Under the pieces are notes generated by a model. That model made no database searches. It worked only from the letters and a program-made list of their open reading frames with translations, and was not told the origin of the DNA. DNA of 64,000 nucleotides from Raillietiella orientalis (Eukaryota), in assembly GCA_036172245.1 (NCBI GenBank), contig JAYWIR010000060.1:62001-126000 (forward strand), in the 5' to 3' direction. A program made the translations under genes and the position numbers. Shown here in pieces: positions 1 through 11,800 of this stretch. How positions within the stretch are numbered: position 1 is the stretch's first letter; every line of letters starts with the position of its first letter.

Positions 1-1296
1 CTCTACGAGCACCAAACATACATCAAGCGGGTGCCTGCTGTTCCGCGGTCTGATGAGATTCATTGGGAGAATGGGAACCGCGCCTCAACAGATGGTAAAA
101 AGTGGAAGAGCCTCCTACAGTTTCCGGTCCTCATGCGCGAAACGCAGCGTCAAACCCGGGTCCGAAGGTGCCTTGACTCTCGTCGGCATCTGCTCGCCCA
201 CGAGGGAAAGCAAAGCATCGCGACGCTCCCGGGGCGCTCGAAGTCCGTGGGCTGGCTGGCTGGCTGGACTCGATGGCCACCCCGAGACGTTGCTGCCCAG
301 TGCAGGTTTCTTGAGCGCTCCCGGCGAATTTCACATGTGTCCTGAGCTGCATCCTTCTAGGAAGATGGAAGTTCGTACGCTTGCAGGCGTCTATTCATGA
401 GGTACACGTCCGCTGCACGCTCTCGCGCACGCACGTACGCATGCATTGAAGACCCCAAAGTACGAATTGGATTGCAGAGAAAACGGCGTGCATCTTAGCG
501 CCAATTGAAAAAGAGCCGTCCGCCGAGCTCCAGTTCCAGCTCCCTACATCCTGAGGGGAGCACAACGGAGGGCGGTCTCTTTTGGGTTCGCGACTCAAGG
601 GAAAAGGGAAAAGAATGACGTCATGTGCGCGTAGTTCCGCCTTTGGTGTTGCCGCCAGTCGGCGTCCTTCCATTCTCGTAACTGGCGCGAGTGACGCAGA
701 CGCAGCAACCGCGGCTGGCGGAAGGTGTCCGCGTGACCTCTCGGTCGCTCACCGTGGTCCCGAGAGACCACTCCGGGAGACAGAGTCCTTCCAGAAGGCT
801 TGCCGGCGGATTCTGGAAAGGAGAGCTCAACGGAGATTGTAGTCTCCGACCCTCGACGCGCTCCATGACCGGATCGGTTTCCTTGGACGCCGTCTCCACC
901 GTCTCCGTCTTGAAAGCGGAGCCGTCGCTCTGCGCCAAGGCTCCGGCCTGGGTTCGAGTGATGGAGGCGCGCCGGCACACCCAGCCGAGCGCGTTCATCC
1001 GGAGGGGTGTGCCTCTGCAGAGAGGCCGACGTCCAGACGACTAAGGAGCGGCAGAAACCCGCCATGTTCCCGATTCCGCTCGCCGTTACGGGAAAAGGGC
1101 TGCTTCGTGCTGCTTCTCGGGCAGTGAACCGGATGAGGGAGGCTGGAACTTGCGGAGGGGAAAAATCTCCGATCCCGAAATTGCCACCGCTCGAACGAGT
1201 CTACTCCCTTCGCCCCACCTTCGCCGCTTCGTCGTGGAGCGCGATGGGACTTCTGGATTGATTTATAGAATGTGGTCATCATCCCTACCCATCCCA

Positions 1297-3506
1297 GACC
1301 TTTTCTACACAAAAGCTCCTAGGGTGCTAGGGGGGGGAACCCGACGGGCATCGGTTAGGATGGGCGTTGCATGGGAGGCCCCAGTGTAGCAGAAGGAGAA
1401 GCGCCGACGCCCGCCACTCGAGAGGGGGGGAGCGGTCGTTCGGGAGCGCTGGGGACCGCTCTCGAGGTCTTCGCGGAGGATTCCCAGTAGCTCGCCCCAG
1501 CGCACGAGTGGGGTCGACACTCGGGAAGGCAGCGTCTGTGCTCCGACGATCATCCCCTGCGACGAATTCCACGGGAGACCACGACGACGGAGGACCTCGC
1601 GACGAAAGCAGTTTGCATCCGCGACTCGCTGACGTCACAAGAAAAGGTCCCGGAACCCGAGCATTCAAACAGTGGCGGCGGCGGAGGCACCTGCGTTCTT
1701 CAGCCTCGACATCCAGCGGCAAGGGAAGGCGAAATCTCGAAATCGGCAGCTTCCCCGACGCGCTCTCTTCTTCCTTTCCCGAAAGTGTTCCTGCCGGGAG
1801 TGGAAAGCAGGCGGCTCGGCTGCATACCTGCGAACGTTGCACGGGAGGCGGGCGGGTGCATAGGGAAATTAAACGCCGGCCGAAGGGGAAAGAGAGCGGC
1901 TCCCTATTTATACCCGCTTCGCACGCGTGGCGGGATGGCGAACCGCCATTTTCGTCATCCGGTTTCCGGATTGCGCGCTTCGAGCGAGAGGTCGCTGCGT
2001 CCCCGGGACGGAGCCGCCAAGCAGCATCGTTGGTCTCCGCGCTTCTTCACCGTCTGCAAGCGAAGCGGAGCTTAGAAAGGCAGAGTTCCACTTCTTTCAT
2101 CCCCGGAGTGAGCCACCCAGAGAGGCGCTTCCTCCAGCAGTCAAGAAAAAAAAAAAACTGCAGCTGGGTGTTCCTGGGAAGAACGCAAGAAGGATTTTCA
2201 CATAACACCAGCAGAGAAGCACCTGCTCGAAAAGCACCTGGGAGGAGAGGCGAAAGATGCTTCATGGGTGGCACAGAGGAAAATCCATGCTCACTCCCCA
2301 GGCGTTGCTGCTCACAGCGAAGTCTACGGGCACATCGAGGTCGACACCGAGTCCTCACTAGATGCATTCTCTGCCCGCCCGCGCGGACCTCCATGCGAGC
2401 CTCGGAGAACACCGCACAAACACACCGAGGGCGCAGCAGCAGCCACCGCGGTTGACCGCGCGCCCCACAAAGTCTCGGCAAATCCGAGCGGGCGGGTCGA
2501 TTTCTTGTTTCCCGTGGTCTCGTGGCGCCATCTTCCCGGAAAAAAAAAACAATCGCCGAGCGATCGGTTCTCCCTATTCTCCCGCAAACGATCGCCGAAG
2601 TCGTTGAACGGCAGAAAGTGGGAGCGGACCGGGATGGAAGAAAACTTCCCGTCCCGCGTTCCGCGAGTGGTCCCCCTGTTGGCCGTGAAGGGAAAAGCGG
2701 TTTCCGTTACCCCCTCCACTTGCCTCCTCCTCTTCCCGACTCGCCCTCGCCCCGGCGGTCCTTTCATCGCGGACGGTGCCCCGTCCGATAGCTCGGAGCG
2801 TGCTGGATACTCGCTCGGAACATGCCCTTTCCCCTCGACCCTGACCTTCTCCTCGGGAATCTCTCGTTCCTTTTACACGCCATTTTCCCTGGACCCCGGA
2901 AATCCACGGCGACTGCCCTCACGGTGGCGGACATGGAAGGATGGGCGCAGCGAAGGGCCCATCCTCGCCTTCCTTGCCTCCGGCGGCAGCCAACTCCCGA
3001 CTTGTTGGTATAGCCTCAGGCCTGATCCGGGTCATTAACGCCTTTCCGTCGCCACCGCCTGGCTGCAGGAAGGGAGGGGAGCGTGCCGAGCGCGGCACTC
3101 ACCAATCCCCTCTCCTTCCGCCTTCGTCCGCCCTTTGTGCAGAGGCGATCGGCACCGTCCTCGGTGGTCGCTAGCTGGGAGACATCCGGAAGGTCGGCGC
3201 TGTCCCACGGGATGGTGCTCGTCCCTTGACGTGCAAGAAGGGACTCCCCTGCCGCTCTTCATTGAACGGCGCGCGGGCTGGACGGGGCTCCCTCTCCCAC
3301 GTGCTCCCTTGGCATGGTGTGGCGGGAAGCTTCCTGTCCAGTGGCGACCGTTTGTTCTTTTCGGCTCACAAAGTCGTGAGCATCCAACAGCAAACAGGCA
3401 GCAAGTCACCCTTACCGTTGGGGTTACCTGAAATGGGGCGCCGCCAATCTCGAGCCACCGACAGAGGCTTCTGAAACTTCGCATCGTCAAGCACGGAGCC
3501 TTGGTG
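1297..3506. repeat. Outer inverted repeat, copy A (~2.2 kb), partner of 44088-46298
   Basis: Mirror ORFs give near-identical translations (2268..3038+ vs 44556..45326-; 1367..2455+ vs 45139..46224-), coordinate sum ~47594. Homology starts at gaccttttctacacaaaagc (1297) and ends at gcacggagccttggtg (3506). No TSD, TIR or recognisable transposase seen. Confidence 0.95.
1904..1970 (-). promoter_or_regulatory. Pol II promoter-like motif cluster (ETS-like CCGGAA, YY1/Pho-like AAAATGGCGG, TATAAATAG) inside repeat A
   Basis: Minus strand reads ...tccggaaaccggatgacgaaaatggcgg...gggtataaatagggag; TATA at 1912-1904; a cag|gtatgc donor-like site follows downstream. Confidence 0.4.
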
Positions 3507-4980
3507 AACGTGGCGACAGCCTGTACTTTTCTTTCCCGAAGCACAAACCTCGTAGGTCCTCATCCGTCAGGGGCAGGGTCATCCACATCTCGCTTATCCG
3601 GATGCGCTCGACCCTGGGCGCTTCCGTCAACATCCATATTCGTTCCATCGTCGGCCACACCTGCTCCCAGAACCTTTTCCCGGCGTCCTCCTCCGAAAGT
3701 CACAAAGGTCACGTGAGCCCATCTCTTCCTGGAAGGCCTTCAGAGATCCATCTGCATCCAGTGCTGACTCCTTGGTGTCTGCTGCTAACAAGGACCGAGG
3801 AAAGAGACCGGGCCATCCGTGGATGCTTCCGTGGCACACTGGAAGAGATCAGGATTTAATCTCCGTTTCCGTGAAAGCGAAGGTTCTGGAGGACTGCGGG
3901 GTGTCTGGACCCTCACTAAAGGTCTTCAGGATGTGGACCAGCGTCGCTGGCTTGGCTCCTCCTCCCTCAAGGGACTGTTTCCTTCTCCACGCTCCGAGAT
4001 GAGCGGCAGGTCAGCGCCAGCTCTGTTCTCCCGCTTCCGTCCAAGTGGTCATCTCTTCCGTGGATAGCTACTCTGACGGAAGCAAGCGAACCTCCTCCGA
4101 TTCGGGCAGCTCCCTGACTGGCCTGAGACCTCGGAGTCAGCAGCTGCCCTGCTGCGATTGGCGGAACGGTTGAGGAGAGCGGTGGGTCCGTTCGAGTCTC
4201 GGCCGCGCTTACGGTCACACCGGAAACGACATCCGCACGAGGTTTTTGTCGGGTCCCCTCTCCTCCTCGTGATTCGAGGCGAGGGGGTTTGGGCGGGTGA
4301 TTCACTCCTTCCGGCAGGAGGTCATTCCGCTGTCGGTCGACCGCACCCGACAACGGGGGAGACACCTGGCTTAGCCCAACGTTCTTCCTCCTCCCCCTTC
4401 CTTCCTCCCATCGGCAGGGAAAGCGTCACTCGCAGGAGCCGCGAGAAGAGAACACCCTTCGCACACCCTGCGAAGTCCCAGTCCCATCCCGGATTCTCCG
4501 AAATGCGATTGCCGGCCCGTTTGGCTGACGGCAGGACTCTTGGTCCTGCCACGGGACTACAGGACATAAGAGCAATAACTTAAGGGTGATAGGGCAAAGG
4601 GGTCACTGCCTCCTGCAAAGGTCGCAACCTTTGCATTCGTTCCAGGATGTCGGCAAGGTCCTGCTGCTTGCCGCCCAGGTGGGGTCGTCTCGCTGCTCTT
4701 CCCAGGAAGCGGAAGGCAGCGTGCGGATGGCGCCCCATCACACTCTTCGGCGTGACCCCAGGCTATCCCTCCCGAAGATAGCAGGGAGCTGCTGGGGACG
4801 CCCCTGGCGTCGCGTACGAAGGGGCTCTTCGGCACGTCCCTGGGATTGCCGCGTGGTTCCCGAGGACCGGAAGGCAGTGCAGCCCACGTGGAGAGAGGAA
4901 TCCACGTTCCCCGTAGCTGCCACAGCTCGGGTCACCTCCTCCCCTTCCCCCTTCCCCAATCTTGGTGATGCTGGCGGACG

Positions 4981-5195
4981 TTGCATGGGGGACTCCAGAC
5001 TCCCACCACTCGAGAGGGGGGATGCGTTCGTTTGGGAGCGCCGGGGCCAGTCACGAGATCTTCGCGGAGGATTCCCAGCAGCTCACCCCGGCTCACGAGT
5101 GGGGGCGACACTCGGGGAGGCAGCGTCCCTCAGATGGCCCGTGGTCCGGCCACCTGACGATGTCCCCTGAAGTGAATTTTCACGGGAGACCACGG
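4981..5195 (+). repeat. Diverged direct copy of ~1367-1580 (part of repeat A)
   Basis: Shared blocks ccactcgagaggggg, tcttcgcggaggattcccag, cacgagtggggNcgacactcggg and ggcagcgtc occur in the same order with many substitutions. Confidence 0.8.
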
Positions 5196-8100
5196 CATGT
5201 CATCCTCGGGCGGTGGCTGCCAATAGGCTTCATCAAGGAAGAGGGAGGAAGCAGCGCTGCGGTCCCATCCTCAGCGGGATCCACTTCTTCCTTTGGATGC
5301 TGGGTCCTGGAAGCCACAAGGAGTCTCACGGTCCTCCTCAAACCCCTTGGCTTCATCCTCCACGCTTCGGTAACCAGGAAACCGCCCCGACGTCGAAAAT
5401 ATCTGCCTCCATCTCAGTGAACGAGGCCAGGTCATCTCTCAGTGCCAAACCTGACCAGCCTCGGACAGTCCCGACCACGGGCGTTCCTGCTAGAACTGTC
5501 TTTTGGCCTTTGTGACCCCTCTCCCCCTTGCCGTATTGCCACCCCAGCCCCTCAGGGCCTCACGAATCACCCTTCCGTCTCGTTTCATCAACTAAGGGGT
5601 GCCTTGTGCCCCCTACCTCTCGCCCTCCGGGGTAGAGTTATGGCGCACCCTCCATCCGGAAGACGTGGGTGTCGGCTGCAGCAGCCGCAGGGGTTTGCGG
5701 GCGGTCCGTTCCAGGATCACCTGAGAATCCGTTTCGTTGCACTTCACTTCCTGGTTTCGGAGACACGCCCTGGTCCTGCGGTCGATCAGCCGTGTCGTCT
5801 CTCTGCTACCTCCGCAGCAGGGAGCTCAGAGGGCCTTCGTTGGCGCGCCCCTTCCGAGAATCCGAGGGAGGGTGGAGCGGTGGAGGAGTGGGAATCCTTG
5901 CCTTGCGGATGCGCCGGTCGACCGTAGCGCAGCAGCTTCCGAGCAGTGTGCCGGCCTCGGCTGACGCATGCTGACCTCTCCCAGCGTTACCATTGCTCGA
6001 AGGCACAACCGAGGCTTCACCCCTTCCATTCCTCCTCCCCTCCTCCTCTCCGGAGACCGTCCGGATCTCCTGCTATCCTGCAACGGACGTTCCCGTAGCC
6101 AGCGCTCTTCCGCTGCATCCGACCAGGGGACACTGTTCCGGCCGTGCCCATCGTGAACCTTGACCCGATCCCGGAAGGAGTCGGATCGAGTAGGAGGTTC
6201 CGAAGTCAGAGTCCGCGGGAAGAACGCGAGGCTTCCTCCGGATGCAGTTCCAGGGACGCCAAGCCTGAGCAGATGCAGTGGGGCTCTGAACGGGCCGTGT
6301 CGCCTCCGGGAGGTATGAGGGGTCACGCGCGCTTCCTCGGGTGTCACGAGCCTTTGCCTCCGCGGGGAAGAGGAAAACCCCCGCGTCTCGAATTTCTCTC
6401 CTTCCTCTTCCCCTGCCCTCCTGGAAGTCGTGGACTAGCCGACGGTGGACCCCCGCCGCCCAGAGCAGGGCTCTCTGCCATCCTCCTCCTCCCTTCTTCC
6501 CTGGGCCCGGCTCGTAGAGAGATCACTCTCCGGACGAGGGGAGAGCACGTTGATGTCTGCTTCCACGAGGGAGTCCCGGATCACCTCTCGTCCCTTGCGG
6601 TCGACTGCGGAGGTCTCTGCCTCCGGGCATCGCCCCTCGCTCTGGGCCATCGCCGCGAGCAGCTTTCTCGCGTCCAGGTAGAGCGACGCGGTGCCTCTGA
6701 GGAGGCGGAGTGGTCGAGGCCGGCTGTCGGGGTGGTGATCACGGCGCGCGGATGCAGCGGAGGTGGTCAAGGGAGCGCCACATCGTTCTGGGCTGGCGGT
6801 CCCTCCAGCGCTCTTCTACTCAGATCGCCGGCTCCCGGTCCCGTCTCCGCCACCGGCGGCGGAGAAGCTCCTCCCTGTCAATCAGTCGAAACTGCCCTCC
6901 TGAACTGGTGGTCGCGAACTGGACCCGATGCGCCGAGAAGGCCTCCACGGAACGGCCGGTTATGCGGTTCTGGAGCAACTGGCGAGCGGCGCGCCTGCCC
7001 GCCCGCCAGTTCGAACGCTGGTTGGAAGCGCCTGCTGCCCCCCAGGGACAAAGCACCTCGTCGTGCGCCCTCTTGGCTTTTCCAGGGCATCGCCGCCTTC
7101 TCGACCTCGGACTGCCAGTGTAGGTTGCAGGAGTCCTTCTCCCTTCCGGAGTGCAGAGAGTTGCGCAGCGTAGAAGCCCGCGTCGACTTCAGTTCTCTCC
7201 GCGCTCGAAGACCGACAAGGTGAGACGACTTTAACCAAAGAAGAAGAAGACAGGACAAAAAGGAAACGCTTGTTCTGCCTTCTGCAAGCGAGACGGGGCC
7301 AGGAAGGGTTGCTGGAGTGAAGGGGCATTTTCGAGGAGGAAATACTCTGAGCAAGAAACGGTGGAACGGTGTCTTAGACACGAAGACGCTTGCCGTTGCA
7401 CGCAGATAACAAAAGAGGAGAAGCAGAAACGGAAAAGGCAAAAGCAAAAGAAGAAACCTTGGAGTGAAGCGACAGGCCTCGATGTCCACTGTTTTTTTTT
7501 CTTTCTATCCACGTAGAGGCGGAAGATCGGGGAAAGACGTGCACGGCAGAAGCATCTACAAGTCCATAGACACTCTGGATGCTGGTCGCTTTGACCGGGG
7601 CGACATTCCTGGAGCCGAGATGTTCTTGGAGGCTTTCTGGGGCAAGTTGGGCTAACTTCTAAAAGTGAAACGCACCAAGGTCTTCTTCCCCTCCGGGGCG
7701 AGAGCAAAGAGCCGTCACGACGGTGGCTCGCACCGAAGAGGAAGGGACTTTTCCAGAAGTCCCCTTCGATGGACCGTCGAGACCAATCACCAGGCATAGT
7801 ACAGAAAGAATGCACGAAACGGTGATGGGATTTTCTGCGCGTCCTGACAACCCTTTGGTGCTGGTGAATGGAGGTTTCTCCTGGGCAAATGTTGCAGCCA
7901 GCACGGTCCCATGGCTCTTTCTTGGAGCACCCTCGGGGGGCGTGGGGATGCTGGTTGTTGGAACCGAATCAGACCGTTGCTGGTCTTGAAAAGTCGCATC
8001 CTGATCTCCCCATCGCACTGAGACTACGTGCTCACACCTCACTGCGTAACCCCCTCCTTCCTCCCTTTTTCCCACAAAAAAAAAACCATAGACCTTTTTT

Positions 8101-8884
8101 ATAACGTCCCCACCGCATCAATGACCCCAAAACGAAGACTCCTCTTGACAGATCCGGGGACTCAGCCGACCCATGAATTCTCCCCATACTGTAACAAGCA
8201 TTTCCTCATCCCCTATCCCCGATCGCAAGAACGGCTCAAAAGGACGACCCTTTCGCTCGGCGCTGCGTGGCGTTTATGCGATGCTTCGGGTGTGCCCCTA
8301 CGGAGCAGCAGCGAAGGAGATCCACGTGGGAGCCGTTCCAAGTGTGCAGTAAGAAACTTTCCGGGGGCTGCGCGTGCTCTTGGCGGTGACCCGGTGAAGG
8401 AGGGAGCGCACGGCCTTGCTGACTCCCCCCCCCCCCCCCCCCAAGAGCATCAGCAGGAACGCGCGCTCACGCACCGAATCGCCACACATGCACGGCCCGT
8501 TCCTGCCGCCCTTCGAGCAGCCCCTTCCCTGCCTCGAAACTGCCTCCGCTCGCCCGGAGTTTATTTGAGGAGGCGCGCAACCCAGGGAGCGAGGAGTCAA
8601 CCCCACCAAGCCCTCCGCCGCCCCCTCCTCCAACAGCATCGAATTTCTCTCGAACGCGGTTCCTCCCCCCGGCTGTACTCCTAGTCGCCGAATTCGAAAG
8701 TACCTGTTTCCCTCAAGTGGCAGGCATTTTCCAAGCGGGCAGGAAAATGGTTTTGGCTCGTTCCAGACATTATTCCTGTACTTGGGAGCGAACTCGAACA
8801 AGGCCACGTTAGTGTGCACCACACTTTTGGATTGCTCTAACGGATTCCTGGCGACTTCGCAAGTAGCTCCGCACAGCCTGCAAG

Positions 8885-11800
8885 ATGGTGAGTCAGTTGT
8901 GCTTGTTGGTTCGCTTGGACGCTGTTTGACGCCTCGGGCTGTTTGAATCGGCGGAAACGCTCGCGCAGTCGCCGGAATGACATTTCCTCCCTCCGATGTG
9001 CCCCATTATACTGAGTTTTTCGCCTGACTCGCAAAACGAGCCGCAAGAAAAGGCGTGTCCTTCGGGACAAACCCACTTCGCTCGCCTCCACGGCAGCGAC
9101 CCTGACCAAGGGATCAAAACAGCAACCCGGAAAAACACATTCGTGAGAAGTGCCTAGCAATCCGGGTCCAGCAGTCATTCTGCCAGCTGCCGAATGTATC
9201 AGCGCCTGGATGAATAAAGAAAGCGGAAGTTGCCTGAGGCCGGCGCCGGCGATGCTCTGGTCTGGGGATAGCAGCGGTTCCATTCACTACGCAATAACTC
9301 TTTGATCGGAGAGCTCGGACGAATCCCTTGAGAATCCACAGAGGCTTTTCCGTTCGTTGCGGATCTTCAGCGTGCGTTTGAACCCTTTGGGATTTACTGA
9401 TGAAAATCATCCGTCTCAAAGAACGGTAACCTTCCTTCGCCAACGTTCCTTTTGTCATTTCAAGATCTTTGCCCCCCTATCTTCTAAGGCAGAGCTCCCC
9501 CCTTTTCGCTCCAGATTTGCAAGTCGCTTTCTGTCTTTTTCGCGATTGCAATGATAAATCAGGAGATCATCCCTGATTTCTTTCGCGTCTTCTGTTTCGT
9601 ACTCGAGTTTCGCATTCAGCTGCCCGTGCTGCAGAGGGCATTTGACCAGAGACGCAAGCCACGACCTCAGAAGCGGCCCGCTCCCATGTCTTCTTGTACG
9701 TGTATCATCGCCAGAGCCTGCTGGCGCAGGTCGGAGGCGCTTGTGGCATCTGATGCTTGCGACGTTTAGCTCCTCGATGACTCGAACTTCCATCATTTCT
9801 CTTCCAAGAAAACTTTCTTCGACGGCATGGTTTCCCTCTTATTCGCTTTCATTTTGCTGTCCGGTGCAATTTCACTTTTCGGTGCCCTTCTTCGTGACCT
9901 GGTCCGGACAAATCGAGAACAGGCTTCTCATCCTCAGGGAAGAGCCACCAACGGTCCATGCACAAGCGTGCCTTCCCCTCCCCTGAGGTTGATGCCAAAG
10001 AAAGGAGATTATAGAAGATTCGAATGTGCAATGCTCGTAAACCATTTTGTCTTGGGTTGGTTCCCATGGGTCAGGAACGCAAGTTGGACACGACGGTGCG
10101 GCAGAACGACAGAGAGAGCGGTCTCCCGAAAACGCTCTTTCCACGAGTGCCAAAGAAATAGCTGGCAGCCATGAAATCAAAGGCGACAGCCATTTGGTTG
10201 CGTAGCAAATTCTGTTCCTCCTGCGGAGTTTCGCACTCCGCAATGCCACTCGCTGCTACCGCCGAAAAAACCTCGACATCCATCTGTGGTCGCAGAGGCA
10301 TCCTCTTCATGTGGAAGAATCGCCATGGAGATAGCTGGCGTCGGAATACCCGATGTGCGTTCACAGCTGGCAAATTCGGTTCTCGGGCGCAAAAAAGATG
10401 ATCGCATTCGTAGCGCGGTTCGCCTATTTTCACAATCAGTCCAAGCATTCGTGTCCGTTTATTTTTATTTTTATTTTTTTCAATTTTTTCCGTCATTGAA
10501 AAAATCCAACTGCGTGTTTTCTTTGTGCATTCCAGGATGAGCTGAACAAGGAACAGATGGCCAGTGAGTATCGAAAAATATCAACCAGGCTGACTTTGTG
10601 GAACACGCTTGAAATGGTCCCGAAAAGTCCTCTGCCTCGCCGCCTGCCATTCATTGCTGATTGCTCGATTCACTCGGACAGCCAATTTGTTTCCGGCGTT
10701 TTGCCGACTTCCTTGTGTCTGCTCGAAAATTTACTTGTGCTTTGGGTTGTCCCTGACGAACCACGCGAATTTTGTCCTGTCAAACCCTAAACTCAACCTG
10801 GTCTCGACGTAGCACACAGCCAGGTTTGGCGATTAGGAGATTGTGTAGGACAAGGTGACAGCAGTGGCAGCCTCAGGATGGGAACCTCGAAACGGCCGTC
10901 ACTGCTGTCCAAGACTTAACGAAGGAAGCTCCTCCGAGGTAAATGTGCCAACCGAAAGCACGGAAGCGGGCAAGTTTTCGGGACACTCCACCACGAAGAC
11001 GTTTGCGGAGGCGCTTCCGCTCTCGAGTGGGTCCTGCGGGTGGTTCGCTGCATTCCAACGGGCACTTTTCTGCACGGAGTCTTAGAAGCGGAGGATTCAT
11101 TCGATTTGCGGGCAGGATCGGGACGCTTCCTGTTTGCTGTGGCGCGCGTAAGGAGGATTGCAAGGAACAGCACTGCGGAAGCGCGACAGCAGGCCTTGAT
11201 GTTTTTTCCCTTGGACCCCTGGAGATCGCGCAATGCCTGAAAGATGTTCCGAAAAACGAAAACCAGAAGATGAGGCATCACGTCGCGAACGTTCTTCCAT
11301 TGGGTTCCCTGAAACGAGGAGATGGGAATTTCTTTGGATTTTTGGAATGTTCACCCTTTCCACTTTATCTCAAGTGTCGCACCTTCCCTTTTCTTCCGTG
11401 TCTGAGGTTTTCCTGCGCAGCACGCAGACTTCCGATTCGGAACTGCGGGGGGTCCCCCGTCTTGGAAGGAGACGCCTCCTTGCATAGGCGCAGTCTCGTT
11501 ATTTTCACTGTCGAAAATCTGCAGATGCTCACGCTGCAGGCGCACCCTTGCGCGATACGAGCGTTGGACTCGCGCTTTTTTCGTGCGGCGGAGGAGGTTC
11601 GGATAGCGCGGGAAAGCACGAACGTTCCTCTGGTGATTGGGTGGGACTGCGAGCACCAACGGCTTTCCGCAGGCAAAGCATCTTCCAAGTCCGAAGAGCA
11701 CAAGCATTGTCCTGAAAGCGGCGCATTCCTGGTCCGGCCAGCTCTCTACTCACAACGCGCCACCGCACGAGCAAATCGATGACGAAACCGGAAGTCGGAG

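Noticed and set aside
1367..7489. Long ORFs such as 1367..2455, 2268..3038 and 6144..7223
   Set aside because: Arg/Ser/Pro/Gly-rich, overlapping on both strands, no recognisable domain; expected in GC-rich non-coding DNA.
9114..10400. Nested antisense gene or LINE ORF1 in troponin C intron 1
   Set aside because: Charged, coiled-coil-like fragments broken by stops and frameshifts, with no diagnostic motif.
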